Source of the DNA: Candidatus Cloacimonadota bacterium
Lineage (GTDB): Bacteria; Cloacimonadota; Cloacimonadia; G963667145
Reading direction: 5' to 3'
Length of the DNA stretch: 64,000 nt
NCBI GenBank assembly: GCA_963676615.1
Contig: OY781092.1
Coordinates: 1,216,001 to 1,280,000, forward strand
Part shown: positions 38,656 through 48,438 of the stretch, one piece after another
Position numbering within the stretch: the first letter of the stretch is position 1
How the letters are laid out: every line of letters begins with the position of its first letter
Translations under genes and position numbers: made by a program
Notes under the pieces: generated by a model
Told to the model about the DNA's origin: nothing
Database searches by the model: none
What the model saw: only the letters and a program-made list of their open reading frames with translations

Positions 38656-38964
38656 TTACGCCTTAACCTCTACATGCACACCCGACGGCAAGCTGATTTT
38701 TTTCAAAGCGCTTGTGGTGCTAGAAGTAGGATTTTCGATATCAATTACTCTCTTATGAACAAGCATCTGAAATTGCTCTTGCGACTTTTTGTTTACATGG
38801 GGAGAGCGGAGCACCGTATAGACGGTCTTCTCCGTTGGCAAAGGAACAGGTCCTACCACCTTGGCGCCAGTGCTTGTCACACTGTTCACAAGCTCGCCCA
38901 CAGAAGCGTCCAGCAATCTGTGATCATAAGCTTTCATTTTAATTCTAATTTTGTTTGTTTTCAT
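38656..38964 (-). CDS. rpsJ: 30S ribosomal protein S10
   Basis: KAYDHRLLD, GPVPLPT, RSPHVNKKS.EQF. Confidence 0.96.
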   Translation of the reverse strand: MKTNKIRIKMKAYDHRLLDASVGELVNSVTSTGAKVVGPVPLPTEKTVYTVLRSPHVNKKSQEQFQMLVHKRVIDIENPTSSTTSALKKISLPSGVHVEVKA

Positions 38965-38991
38965 CTATTCTACCTTAAAATTTTCAAAGAT

Positions 38992-40176
38992 TTACGCTTC
39001 GATCTCGGCAATCACGCCAGCACCGATAGTTCTGCCGCCCTCGCGAATAGCAAAACGAAGACCTTTGTCCATAGCAATCGGCACGATCAACTCGCCTTTG
39101 ATTTTCACATTATCGCCTGGCATAACCATCTCCACGCCTTCTGGCAAGGTGAGAGTTCCGGTAACATCGGTGGTTCTGAAGTAGAATTGTGGACGATAAC
39201 CAGAGAAGAAAGGCTTGTGACGACCGCCCTCATCGGCTTTGAGCACATAAACTTCGCCAACGAATTTGGTGTGCGGAGTGATGCTTTTTGGAGCAGCCAA
39301 GACCATTCCTCTTTCGATTTCGTCTTTTTTGATACCACGCAAAAGCACGCCGACATTGTCGCCAGCCTCAGCGCTGTCCAAAATTTTGCGGAACATCTCA
39401 ACACCCGTGCAGACAACCTCGATTGTCTCTCTGATGCCGACTCTCTCGAGCTTGTCGTTCACTTGCAATTTGCCTGTCTCGACACGACCTGTAGCCACAG
39501 TTCCACGACCAGAAATCGAGAAAACATCCTCAACTGGCATCAAAAAAGGCTTGTCGATTTCGCGAACTGGCTCTGGGATGTAGCTATCCAAAGTTTCGAC
39601 GAGCTTCTCGATTGCGGCAACACCCTCGGCATCGCCCTCAAGAGCTTTGAGCGCAGATCCTTGCACGAACGGAATGTCGTCGCCTGGGAAACCGTATGAC
39701 GAAAGAAGCTCTCTGACTTCCATCTCCACGAGTTCCAAAAGCTCGGCGTCGTCAACAAGGTCGCATTTGTTAAGAAAAACCACCATCGCAGGCACACCAA
39801 CTTGGTAAGCCAACAAAATGTGCTCACGAGTTTGAGGCATCGGTCCATCAGCAGCAGAAACCACCAAAATCGCTCCGTCCATTTGCGCAGCGCCAGTGAT
39901 CATATTTTTTACATAATCGGCGTGACCAGGGCAGTCCACATGTGCGTAGTGCCTTGCGGCTGACTCGTATTCCACATGGGCAGTCGAGATTGTGATACCT
40001 CTTTCCCTCTCCTCTGGAGCGTTGTCGATCGAGCCGAAATCTGAGTATTGGGCTTGCCCTTTTTCAGCAAGCACCTTGGTGATTGCAGCCGTTAGCGTCG
40101 TTTTTCCGTGGTCAACATGACCAATTGTTCCTACATTTACATGCGGTTTGGTTCTGACAAACTTTTCCTTTGCCAT
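38992..40176 (-). CDS. tuf: Elongation factor Tu
   Basis: [32 protein letters not shown]. Confidence 0.98.
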   Translation of the reverse strand: MAKEKFVRTKPHVNVGTIGHVDHGKTTLTAAITKVLAEKGQAQYSDFGSIDNAPEERERGITISTAHVEYESAARHYAHVDCPGHADYVKNMITGAAQMDGAILVVSAADGPMPQTREHILLAYQVGVPAMVVFLNKCDLVDDAELLELVEMEVRELLSSYGFPGDDIPFVQGSALKALEGDAEGVAAIEKLVETLDSYIPEPVREIDKPFLMPVEDVFSISGRGTVATGRVETGKLQVNDKLERVGIRETIEVVCTGVEMFRKILDSAEAGDNVGVLLRGIKKDEIERGMVLAAPKSITPHTKFVGEVYVLKADEGGRHKPFFSGYRPQFYFRTTDVTGTLTLPEGVEMVMPGDNVKIKGELIVPIAMDKGLRFAIREGGRTIGAGVIAEIEA

Positions 40177-40460
40177 TCGTCCTCCTAAAGATCAAAAGTC
40201 CTCTCTTTTTGGCATAACACCACAGGACTTACTTTTTTATATTACTTACGAAAAACCAAAAATTAACTATCACTTTTAGTGTCAACCATTTTTTGACTCG
40301 TGCCTTACGCTACTGCCACCAAAAGTCGTTTTTTCATAAAATAACGCCTATTCCCCATTTCTGCTTAATTTGGAAATAATTACAAAAAAAAGTTGAAATT
40401 TTAGTCAAAAAATAATTTTTTGATACTGCTTTTAAAATCAAGCATTTAAGGAGGTCTGCT

Positions 40461-41237
40461 ATGTCAGGACTTATGCAAGGAAAAAATGGCGTCATTTTGG
40501 GCGTCGCCAACAACAAAAGTATCGCTTGGCAAATCGCCAAAAAGCTGCTACAAGAAGGTGCAAACATCGGCTACACCTATCAAGACGAGCTATCGAGCAA
40601 AAAAGCTTTGTCGCTTTTTGAAAAAAATAACGCCGCTTTTTCGGCTAAACTTGATGTCTGTTGCGACGAAGATTTTTTGGCGCTGAACCAAAAAATCGAA
40701 GAAGTTTTTGGCGGCAAGCTGGACTTTGTCGTTCACTCTGTGGCAGGAGGTCCAGACCTCGAAGATTTGCAGGGCGATTTTTTCGCTGTTTCTCGCCAAA
40801 ATTTTTTGAAGACGATGGAAATCAGCGCTTTTTCTTTTGTGGCGACTTTGCGCAACCTTGCTCCTTATCTAAAAAAAGCTGGCTCTGCATCGGCGATTTG
40901 CCTTAGTTATCTCGGCTCCGAGCGGGTCGTGCCGAACTACAATGTGATGGGCGTCGCCAAAGCAACTTTGGAATGCTCGGCACGCTATATGGCTAGCGAT
41001 TTGGGCAAAGACGGCGTCCGCGTGAATGTCGTCTCGCCAGGGCCAATCCTCACCAGAGCCGCTTCGGGAGTCGGCGGCTTCCGCCAGATGCTCAAGGAGT
41101 TTGCCGAAAAAACGCCGCTGCAAAAACCAGTTGACACCGAAGATGTCGCAAGCGCAGCTTTGTTCTTGCTCAGCGACCTTTCCAAAGGCACAACTGGGCA
41201 AACGCTCTATGTTGACAACGGGTTTTGCATTCGGTAG
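40461..41237 (+). CDS. fabI: Enoyl-ACP reductase FabI
   Basis: GVANNKSIAW, ISAFSF, YNVMGVAKA.LE, S.GPI.T.A. Confidence 0.92.
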   Translation: MSGLMQGKNGVILGVANNKSIAWQIAKKLLQEGANIGYTYQDELSSKKALSLFEKNNAAFSAKLDVCCDEDFLALNQKIEEVFGGKLDFVVHSVAGGPDLEDLQGDFFAVSRQNFLKTMEISAFSFVATLRNLAPYLKKAGSASAICLSYLGSERVVPNYNVMGVAKATLECSARYMASDLGKDGVRVNVVSPGPILTRAASGVGGFRQMLKEFAEKTPLQKPVDTEDVASAALFLLSDLSKGTTGQTLYVDNGFCIR

Positions 41238-41627
41238 ATTTGATTGTAAATTTACACGCCGTAATCTTTTTTTGAAAAGATTGCGGCTTTTTTCGTTCTC
41301 CTGACTCCGCAAATCACAGCATCTGAAAGAGAGAAAATTTTTCTTTGCAAAAAACAACAATAATTTTGAGGGATTTGCAAGCCTGAAACATCCTAAAAGT
41401 TAATCAGTGTCCAAAATTAAAGTGAAGTTAAAATCTTGATTAACATTTCAAGGAGTAAAATGACGGAAAGTGTAGAAAAACTATTTAACCAAAAGAAATA
41501 AGCGAATAATATGCCTGTGTGTAACTCCTAGAATAAGAGATACTTGCGGCATATGGCGGCTAAATGTTGTTATCGCCAATGCAAAAAACAACAGAACCCA
41601 CTAAAATTAAAGATTAGGACTAGAACG

Positions 41628-42302
41628 ATGAGAAAAATGAAAGCGATTATTGTTGGTTTGAGCCTTTTTACGGCAATGAACCTCGCGGCAAAAACTATCG
41701 ATTTTGAGCAAGCTGACCTCGAAGCTGTCGGCGTGGAAATGACATTGTGTGAATATGGCGGCAAAGACGCCGTGAAGGTGATAAAAAACGCGCATATGGA
41801 CAAACCAGATGAGCCAACTTTTGTAAAATTACAAGACATTGATTTTAAAGACGGAATTATTGAAGTGAATATCCTGAGCAAATTGGTCAAGAACGCCAAA
41901 GATTTTGCGCGCGGATTTATTGGTCTTGCGTTCAGGATAAACGATGATGATTCTAAATTTGAATGTATTTATTTAAGACCTTCAAACGCAAGAGCCAACG
42001 ACCAATTAAGGCGAAATCACACCACGCAATATTTTGCTTACCCAGATTTTGATTTTTTCAAATCGAGAAAAGAGGCTCCTGGCAAGTACGAATCCTACGC
42101 AGATATGGGATTGAACGAGTGGATCAAAGTTAAAATTGTGATAAAAGATGATAACGCCCAACTTTTCGTAAATGATGCGAAAAATCCGTGCTTGATTGTC
42201 AACGATTTAAAACACGGCAAGGGCGATTCTGGCTCGATAGGACTTTGGGTTGACACATTCACCGAAGGTTATTTTGCAGATTTAAAAGTTATCGAAAAAT
42301 AA
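41628..42302 (+). CDS. Secreted concanavalin-like / DUF1080-like protein of unknown function
   Basis: Signal peptide; FKDGIIEV, RGFIGLAFRI, FECIYLRPSN.R, YESYAD…NEW, IGLWV; AT-rich. Confidence 0.6.
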   Translation: MRKMKAIIVGLSLFTAMNLAAKTIDFEQADLEAVGVEMTLCEYGGKDAVKVIKNAHMDKPDEPTFVKLQDIDFKDGIIEVNILSKLVKNAKDFARGFIGLAFRINDDDSKFECIYLRPSNARANDQLRRNHTTQYFAYPDFDFFKSRKEAPGKYESYADMGLNEWIKVKIVIKDDNAQLFVNDAKNPCLIVNDLKHGKGDSGSIGLWVDTFTEGYFADLKVIEK

Positions 42303-42326
42303 CATTTTCATAATCATCAAAACTGA

Positions 42327-42357
42327 CAAAAAAAGGCAGCTATAAAGTTGCCTTTTT
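42327..42357. terminator. Bidirectional intrinsic terminator
   Basis: AAAAAAAGGCAGC-TATAAA-GTTGCCTTTTT between convergent genes. Confidence 0.7.
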
Positions 42358-42405
42358 ATTTGCCGAATTTATGCAAATCCAGCTCGCTTTTCTTTTCAAC
42401 GATAT

Positions 42406-43041
42406 TTAAGATAAAAAAGTCCTACCCGATAGTATCCACTTCCAAACAGGCTCGACTCTGATTCTCACACCATCTTCCTCGAACTCGTCCTCTTCTTCCT
42501 CGGTTAAAATCAGCCCCTCTGGCAAATCGTAGGCTTTGCAAGCGTTCAAAAGCCCTGCAACTTCCCGCTTTCGGGTGCTTTCCTCCGCCAAACTCACCGT
42601 AACCTGCACAGCCTGGCAGATTTTATCTTTGATCCGCACAACAAAATCGCACTCGACCTTATTGCGATGATAGTAAAGCTCGCCCCAAAATCTCCGCAAC
42701 TGCAAAAAAAACACATTTTCCAGCACCCTGCTGCGATCTTCCAAAAAACGAAACGACAGACAGTCGGAAAAAGCACTCCTCCAAAAGCGAAAAATCTTCC
42801 ACCGAAAAATCGCTCAAGCGCTCATCATCGAAATTTAAATAATAATCTCGCTCGGTATTTTTTTGCCTGACAATCTCCATTAAAGTCGATTTTCCCGCTC
42901 TGCGAATACCGCTAAAAATATCAACAAAACCGTTTGAAGCGCCTTTTGCTATCTCCAAAAACTTATCTCGCTCTATATAACTTCGTTTTTTGAGCTTTTT
43001 CGTCTGCCGCAATATTATCGATTTAAGTTACCTTTTCTCAT
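42406..43041 (-). pseudogene. Decayed AAA+ ATP-binding protein (AAA_14 + DUF4143-type), frameshifted and internally deleted
   Basis: Walker A GIRRAGKST and YLNFDDERL in one frame; C-terminal LENVFF..L…ECDF…AVQV…KREV in another. The ATG at 43041 (GGAGG RBS) stops after 8 codons. Total length is only about 0.64 kb. Confidence 0.75.
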
Positions 43042-43179
43042 ATTTAGCCTCCAAAACTATCTATTACCAACAGACAAATATCAAGATTTTGTCCACTAAC
43101 AATTCACAAAATTCGCAAAATATCTCTAATTGTAATTCACAAAATCTGAAAACCTTCTCCTCAAATCTTCATCATTTTA

Positions 43180-43623
43180 CTACTTTGCCTCATAAACTTT
43201 ATACTTTCCTTTGCGTTTTTCGTGCAAAAGCCCCTTGCTTAACAGCGCAGAAAAAGTTTGTTGTAGCGCACTCCGTCCGCTTTTGTGAAATTTAGAAAAA
43301 AGCTTTTCTTTCGTTTTTGGAACGGCACAAAATTTCAACATTTTAGCATCTAAGCCATCTCCAACAGAAATTGGAGACTTGCCAACCTTGACCAAAGTTT
43401 GCCCAATATTGCAACGGCTTTCACTCTCTGTAAAAAATTGCACACCTGCGCTCCGCAAAAAACTTCGCACTTTTCGCTGCAGCACGCCACCAACGCCAGA
43501 AGAGCCGTAGCCATGCACCACCAAAAGCTCACTCTCCCCGGAATCGACCAAACGATTATAGCTGTTCACCAGAGCCTCCAGCCCTTCTCCCGCAGCCATT
43601 CCATGCAAATCCAGCTCAATCAT
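43180..43623 (-). CDS. Stand-alone Smr (small MutS-related) domain protein with a C-terminal extension
   Basis: ELDLHG, VVHGYGS.G.G.L; ATGA overlap with the upstream antiporter. Confidence 0.8.
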   Translation of the reverse strand: MIELDLHGMAAGEGLEALVNSYNRLVDSGESELLVVHGYGSSGVGGVLQRKVRSFLRSAGVQFFTESESRCNIGQTLVKVGKSPISVGDGLDAKMLKFCAVPKTKEKLFSKFHKSGRSALQQTFSALLSKGLLHEKRKGKYKVYEAK

Positions 43624-45776
43624 TTCGTGAAATAGCGATAAATCTCTTCTTCGTTTTTGAGCGACAAAATCTTTTCCGCTTTTTCCAGCGAATCCACTTT
43701 TTGCGCCAACTGCGTCATCAGCTGAATATGCGGCGAGCTTTTTTTGTTGCTAGACAAAATCAGGATAAAAATCTTCGTCGGACGCCCATCCATCGAGCCT
43801 GCCTCAATTTCCCGCTGACTGATACCCACAGCCACCACGCCGCTATCGATGCCCTCAATCTTCGCATGCGGAAAGCAAGAAAAGTTCCCCAAAGCCGTCG
43901 AAGCGGTCGCCTCGCGTGCCAAAACCGCCTCTAGCGGCGTCTGCATCTGCGCAATTTCGCCCACATCGTAGAGCCGCTGCAACATCTCCTGCACAATCTG
44001 CGCCGTGTTCTCGCCCGTCAAATTCGGCATAATCGCCTGCCTACACACAAAATCTTTGAGCCGAATCTTGCTCTTTTCGTTGATGACGATTTTTTTATTT
44101 TGCAAAGTCGGCCGCAGATTTTTCCGCTGGCTGCTCACCTCGTCCTTCAGCCCCTGCATCTCCTCCACAAGTTGCGTTAACGCCTCGTTTATCAACGCCT
44201 TAACAAAATCGATATTCTCTCGACTCGTCTCAATTCTGATCATTTTCGGCATCAAAATCAACTTGATATTTATCAAATCTTTGCGAATGTAAAAAATTTT
44301 ATTCTCAAGCCAAAGGGTGTGAACAAAAAAGCCCTCATCTTTGAAAAACGAAATCGTCAAATTTGCCAAAAACCCCGTAAACTGCTGGCTGGCAAAGCTA
44401 AACTCCACCACTTTCGTGTTGACATTCTTCACTTTTTGCTTCATCCCCAGCTTTTTTTGCCCAAAAAGATAGCTTATCATCGGCGACGCCACCGCTGTGC
44501 TGAACAGCACCAAAATTATCGCACATCCAAAAATCTCATTGGAGATAAAACCGCTGGCAAGTCCGATGCCTGCCACAATCGTCGTCACCTCGCCGCGAGG
44601 CACCATCCCCCAGCCAATCCGCGCTGCTCCCAGCGAGTTAAACCCCGCAAATAAAGCTGGCAAACCGCATCCCAAAATTTTAGCAAGCACCGCCACAAAA
44701 GAGAAAATCAAGCCCAAAAGCAAAATCGAGCTATCGGCGAAAACCCGCACATCCACGAGCATCCCCACGACCACGAAAAAAATCGGCACAAACATCACCT
44801 TCAGCAGCTCCACGCTCTCCAAAACTGTGTAACTGATGTCCGTTTTGGACAGCGAAAGCCCCGTGACATAAGCTCCGATAATCATCGCCAGCCCCGCTTT
44901 TTCGAAAACGCCAGCCACCAAAAGTGCCAGTCCAAAAGCCAAAGTCGAAAAAACATAACGATTTTTGAAAAACTTCAAAGTTTTGGAAATTTTGTGCGCC
45001 AGGCTCAACCCGATTGCCGTCACCAAAAGCCACACACCGACCGCCTTGCCACCTATCCAAGCAACTCGCGTCCAGTTCATCGCCGAGCCGCTATCCAGCG
45101 AACCGATAATACCCAAAACGACCGCAAAAATGATGATTCCCGAGATGTCGTCCAAAACCGCTATCGACAAAATCGTCACTCCCTCAGGCGAGCCGAGCTT
45201 TTTTTTCTCGGAAATTATCCTGGCTGTAGCTCCGATAGATGTCGCCGTGGACAGCACTCCCAAAAACAAGCAAAACGGATCCATCAGACCTTTTCCCAAA
45301 TAAAAAACGCCGACTGCTACCGCAAAACCGAAAGAAAAAACGACATCCAAAATTATGAACAAGGAAAGTTTGCCAAAAAGTTTTTTTAGCGAGCCCTCGC
45401 CAAATCGCATTATCATCTCCAAGTCGGTCTCCAATCCTGCGCAAAACAGAAGGATAATCGACGCCAATGTGGAGATGGAATAGAGCGTCGCCGAGACAGG
45501 AAAGCCGCCCGATGCCAGCGGGAAAAGCCCCGCTGGAAAACCCAAAAAGCCAATCGAGCCCAAGACATACGGACCGATGACAATGCCGGCGACAATCTCG
45601 CCCAAAACAGACGGCAAGCCAAATTTACGCAGCAAATCGCCAAAAAATTTAGCCGCAAAAATAATCACCCCCAGCTGAAAAACCAACATCGTCGCCTCGT
45701 GAATAGCTCCGTCCTCGCTGGCGAAAAGTCCGCCAACACCAAGCAAAAAGCCGCAAAAAACGCAAAATTTTTTCAT
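43620..45776 (-). CDS. CPA2/NapA-type cation:proton antiporter fused to a C-terminal PTS EIIA-2 (fructose/Ntr-type) domain
   Basis: LPSVLGEIVAG..IGP, AGLETD, ATS, AVLDD, PIFF…G, GMVPRGEV; C-terminal ARE…STALG…PHAK…DG.PT..F. Confidence 0.85.
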   Translation of the reverse strand: MKKFCVFCGFLLGVGGLFASEDGAIHEATMLVFQLGVIIFAAKFFGDLLRKFGLPSVLGEIVAGIVIGPYVLGSIGFLGFPAGLFPLASGGFPVSATLYSISTLASIILLFCAGLETDLEMIMRFGEGSLKKLFGKLSLFIILDVVFSFGFAVAVGVFYLGKGLMDPFCLFLGVLSTATSIGATARIISEKKKLGSPEGVTILSIAVLDDISGIIIFAVVLGIIGSLDSGSAMNWTRVAWIGGKAVGVWLLVTAIGLSLAHKISKTLKFFKNRYVFSTLAFGLALLVAGVFEKAGLAMIIGAYVTGLSLSKTDISYTVLESVELLKVMFVPIFFVVVGMLVDVRVFADSSILLLGLIFSFVAVLAKILGCGLPALFAGFNSLGAARIGWGMVPRGEVTTIVAGIGLASGFISNEIFGCAIILVLFSTAVASPMISYLFGQKKLGMKQKVKNVNTKVVEFSFASQQFTGFLANLTISFFKDEGFFVHTLWLENKIFYIRKDLINIKLILMPKMIRIETSRENIDFVKALINEALTQLVEEMQGLKDEVSSQRKNLRPTLQNKKIVINEKSKIRLKDFVCRQAIMPNLTGENTAQIVQEMLQRLYDVGEIAQMQTPLEAVLAREATASTALGNFSCFPHAKIEGIDSGVVAVGISQREIEAGSMDGRPTKIFILILSSNKKSSPHIQLMTQLAQKVDSLEKAEKILSLKNEEEIYRYFTK

Positions 45777-45974
45777 CTTCGCATCTCCTTACAAAGAAAA
45801 CTTTTTTCAAAAAAGCGAATCTAGCCAAACAGAAATTTAGTCAACCCTTATGAAAAAAATCGTTTAAAATATTACTTTTGGTGGCAGAATTACAGACACC
45901 CCTTGAACCGACCAAAATAAAACCATTTTTTATTTGACACCAAACACCCAAATTACAGCTTTGATTTTGTTCGA

Positions 45975-46051
<77 letters not shown>

Positions 46052-46062
46052 TTTTTTTATTT

Positions 46063-46139
46063 GGCGACATAGCTCAGTTGGTTAGAGCATCGGAATCATA
46101 ATCCGAGTGTCCGGGGTTCGAGTCCCTGTGTCGCTACCA
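46063..46139 (+). tRNA. tRNA with CAT anticodon, most likely elongator tRNA-Met (tRNA-Ile2 not excluded)
   Basis: GGCGACA/TGTCGCT acceptor stem, TCGGA-ATCATAA-TCCGA anticodon arm, GTTCGAGT T-loop, CCA. Confidence 0.9.
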
Positions 46140-46151
46140 TTTTTTTGCTGT

Positions 46152-46228
46152 GCGCCAGTAGCTCAGCTGGATAGAGCAACGGCCTTCTAAGCCGTAGGTC
46201 TCAGGTTCGAATCCTGACTGGCGTGCCA
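46152..46228 (+). tRNA. tRNA-Arg (TCT)
   Basis: ACGGC-CTTCTAA-GCCGT anticodon arm, GGTTCGAATCC, CCA. Confidence 0.95.
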
Positions 46229-46272
46229 TTTAAGAAACGGCTAAAAATCTTTTTAAAAAATTCCCGACTAAA

Positions 46273-47382
46273 TCACTTTTTTCCAAGCACTTTGCGCGGA
46301 TCAACAGCCTTGCCTTTGACACGATACTCAAAATGCAACTGCGGCGAGTCAACTCTGCCCGTTTTACCCAGCTTGGCTATCGGCTGACCAGCACTCACCT
46401 TATCGCCACTGCGCACCAAATTCACCTTGTTGTGCGCATACACCGTCATCGCGAACTTGTCGTGTTCCACAACAATCACATTCCCATAACCGCGTTGCTC
46501 GCCAGCAAAAATCACCTTGCCGCCTAGAGCCGCCAGCACAGCATCACCCTCTTTTCCCGCAATATTCACGCCCTTGTTAATCGTCAGTCCCTGCTTGCCA
46601 AAATTGGAAATAATCCGCCCGCTCTTCACGGGCAGTTTCAAATCAGAATGTTGCGGCTTTGCCTGCGTAATCGTCTTCGCCGCTGCAACTCTCACCCTTT
46701 TGGGCGTCGCAATTGCCGACTTTGCCGCCCGAACGACAGTGCCTCCCTTGGCAGAAGTCGCCGTTTTCGTAGCTCGGCTCACTCTCGGCGAACTCGCCAC
46801 CACCGTCGTTTTCTTCCGCTGAGGCCTACTGACAGTCACCTTTTTTGTCGACAAACTCGACTTCGGCTTCAGTTTGCCCTCAACCAGCCAAACCTTCTGC
46901 CCCTGCTTAATCTCCACGCCATTCAGACCGTTAAAATCGACCAAATCCAAAATAAACACGCCATACATATGCGAAATATCCGCCAAACTCTGTCCATAAC
47001 TAGCGATGTGATACTTCTCGGGCGGAATCTCCGACCTGGTGATATACTTGTGATAAACATTCAGATTCGGCTTCAGATAAATCTTCTGTCCCAAAAAAAT
47101 CTCATCATCAATCAAATTGTTATAAAGCTTCAACTTTTTGACCGAAACGCCCGTCACTCTGCTGATTTGCGTGAGATTGTCGCCACGGCGAGCTATGTGA
47201 TAATCGTCCGATTCCGTCACAAACAAAGGATTGCTCCGCGACTGTTTCGGCGACAAATTTTGGCTAGTTTTTGCAGAATTATCGGCTCTTGCCGCCTGTG
47301 GATCGCTGCTATATCTGGCTGTAGAGGCACACGAGGCTAGCAAAAAACTAACCAAGCACAACAACAAAACATTTTTCGGCAT
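46273..47382 (-). CDS. NlpD-like lipoprotein with two LysM domains and an M23 domain
   Basis: Lipobox LASC; LysM repeats; basic linker; GYGN…H…VYAHN, QLHFE.R; first metal His replaced (NKGVNI), as in the non-catalytic NlpD/EnvC amidase activators. Confidence 0.85.
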   Translation of the reverse strand: MPKNVLLLCLVSFLLASCASTARYSSDPQAARADNSAKTSQNLSPKQSRSNPLFVTESDDYHIARRGDNLTQISRVTGVSVKKLKLYNNLIDDEIFLGQKIYLKPNLNVYHKYITRSEIPPEKYHIASYGQSLADISHMYGVFILDLVDFNGLNGVEIKQGQKVWLVEGKLKPKSSLSTKKVTVSRPQRKKTTVVASSPRVSRATKTATSAKGGTVVRAAKSAIATPKRVRVAAAKTITQAKPQHSDLKLPVKSGRIISNFGKQGLTINKGVNIAGKEGDAVLAALGGKVIFAGEQRGYGNVIVVEHDKFAMTVYAHNKVNLVRSGDKVSAGQPIAKLGKTGRVDSPQLHFEYRVKGKAVDPRKVLGKK

Positions 47383-47409
47383 AATCTCCTTCCTCAAATT
47401 TCTTTCAAA

Positions 47410-48435
47410 TCATTCATTATCGCTACCTTCCAGCAACTCTCGCAGCTCACTCTTACTAGGCAAAACGGTCTGATATTTGCTCGCAAAAATTTGCTCATTA
47501 TTTTCAGGCAGCGTTATTTCAACAAGCGTGTCGCTCTTATCCTGACACAGCACAATTCCAATCGTTCTATTCTCATCATCCAATTTCACAAACCTGTCAT
47601 AATAATTCACATACATCTGCAATTGCCCAATATCCTGATGTTTGAGTTCCCCAATTTTTAAATCTATAAGAACAAAAGATTTCAAAAGCCGATTATAAAA
47701 AACCAAATCTATCCTAAAATGTTTTTCATCAATCGTTATTCTTTTTTGCCTAGCAACAAAAGTGTAGCCTTTACCTAGCTCCAACAAAAAATACTCCAAT
47801 TTATCGATCAATTTTTGCTCAAGCTCAGTTTCCGAATAAGCTCTATTTTCGGGCAAACCCACAAACTCCAGAATATAAGGGTCTTTTAAAGCATCTTTCG
47901 GCGTCTGAATCAAATGCCCTCTCTTCGACAAGCTTTTGACTTTTTCTTTGTCTTGGCTCAAAACAAGCCGCTGATACAAAGCACTATCACACTGCCTTTT
48001 CAACTCTCGCAAACTCCAATTATTTTGCCTTGCCTCTATTTCATAAAAATCTCTTTCCGCCTGATTATCGATGCGAATAAGCTTTAGATAATGCGACCAA
48101 CCCAGCTGAAAATCTGGCTTTCCTGTTTTCCGAGACAGTGTTTCGGAATTCCCGTAAACCAAATAAAACTTCCTCATATTTTCAAGATTATCCACCGAAA
48201 AACCTTTCCCAAAATCATCACTCAAACGCCTAGACAACTCCTGCAAAATTTGTTTGCCATACTCCGCGCGCTCCTTGCCGTTTTGCTGCTCCTCGACAAT
48301 CATCCGCCCTATCTCAAAATAGGTGTAAACCATTGTTTTATTTACAAAATGAACAACCTCACCTCGAGCCTGCTGCAGCAACTGCGCAACTTTCCCATAA
48401 AAATCGACCCGCTTTTTTTGTGTCACAGCCGCCAT
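47410..48435 (-). CDS. YhcG/DUF1016 PD-(D/E)xK nuclease-domain protein
   Basis: YFEIGRMIVE…RAEYG, WSHY..L, KDPY.LEF, FLLELG.G..FV.RQ, IDLVFY…IDLK, GQLQMY.NYYD. Confidence 0.9.
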   Translation of the reverse strand: MAAVTQKKRVDFYGKVAQLLQQARGEVVHFVNKTMVYTYFEIGRMIVEEQQNGKERAEYGKQILQELSRRLSDDFGKGFSVDNLENMRKFYLVYGNSETLSRKTGKPDFQLGWSHYLKLIRIDNQAERDFYEIEARQNNWSLRELKRQCDSALYQRLVLSQDKEKVKSLSKRGHLIQTPKDALKDPYILEFVGLPENRAYSETELEQKLIDKLEYFLLELGKGYTFVARQKRITIDEKHFRIDLVFYNRLLKSFVLIDLKIGELKHQDIGQLQMYVNYYDRFVKLDDENRTIGIVLCQDKSDTLVEITLPENNEQIFASKYQTVLPSKSELRELLEGSDNE

Positions 48436-48438
48436 AAC

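Noticed and set aside
24748..40176. Alternative genetic code
   Set aside because: Conserved ribosomal genes translate full length under the standard bacterial code and end in TAA, TAG or TGA at the expected positions.
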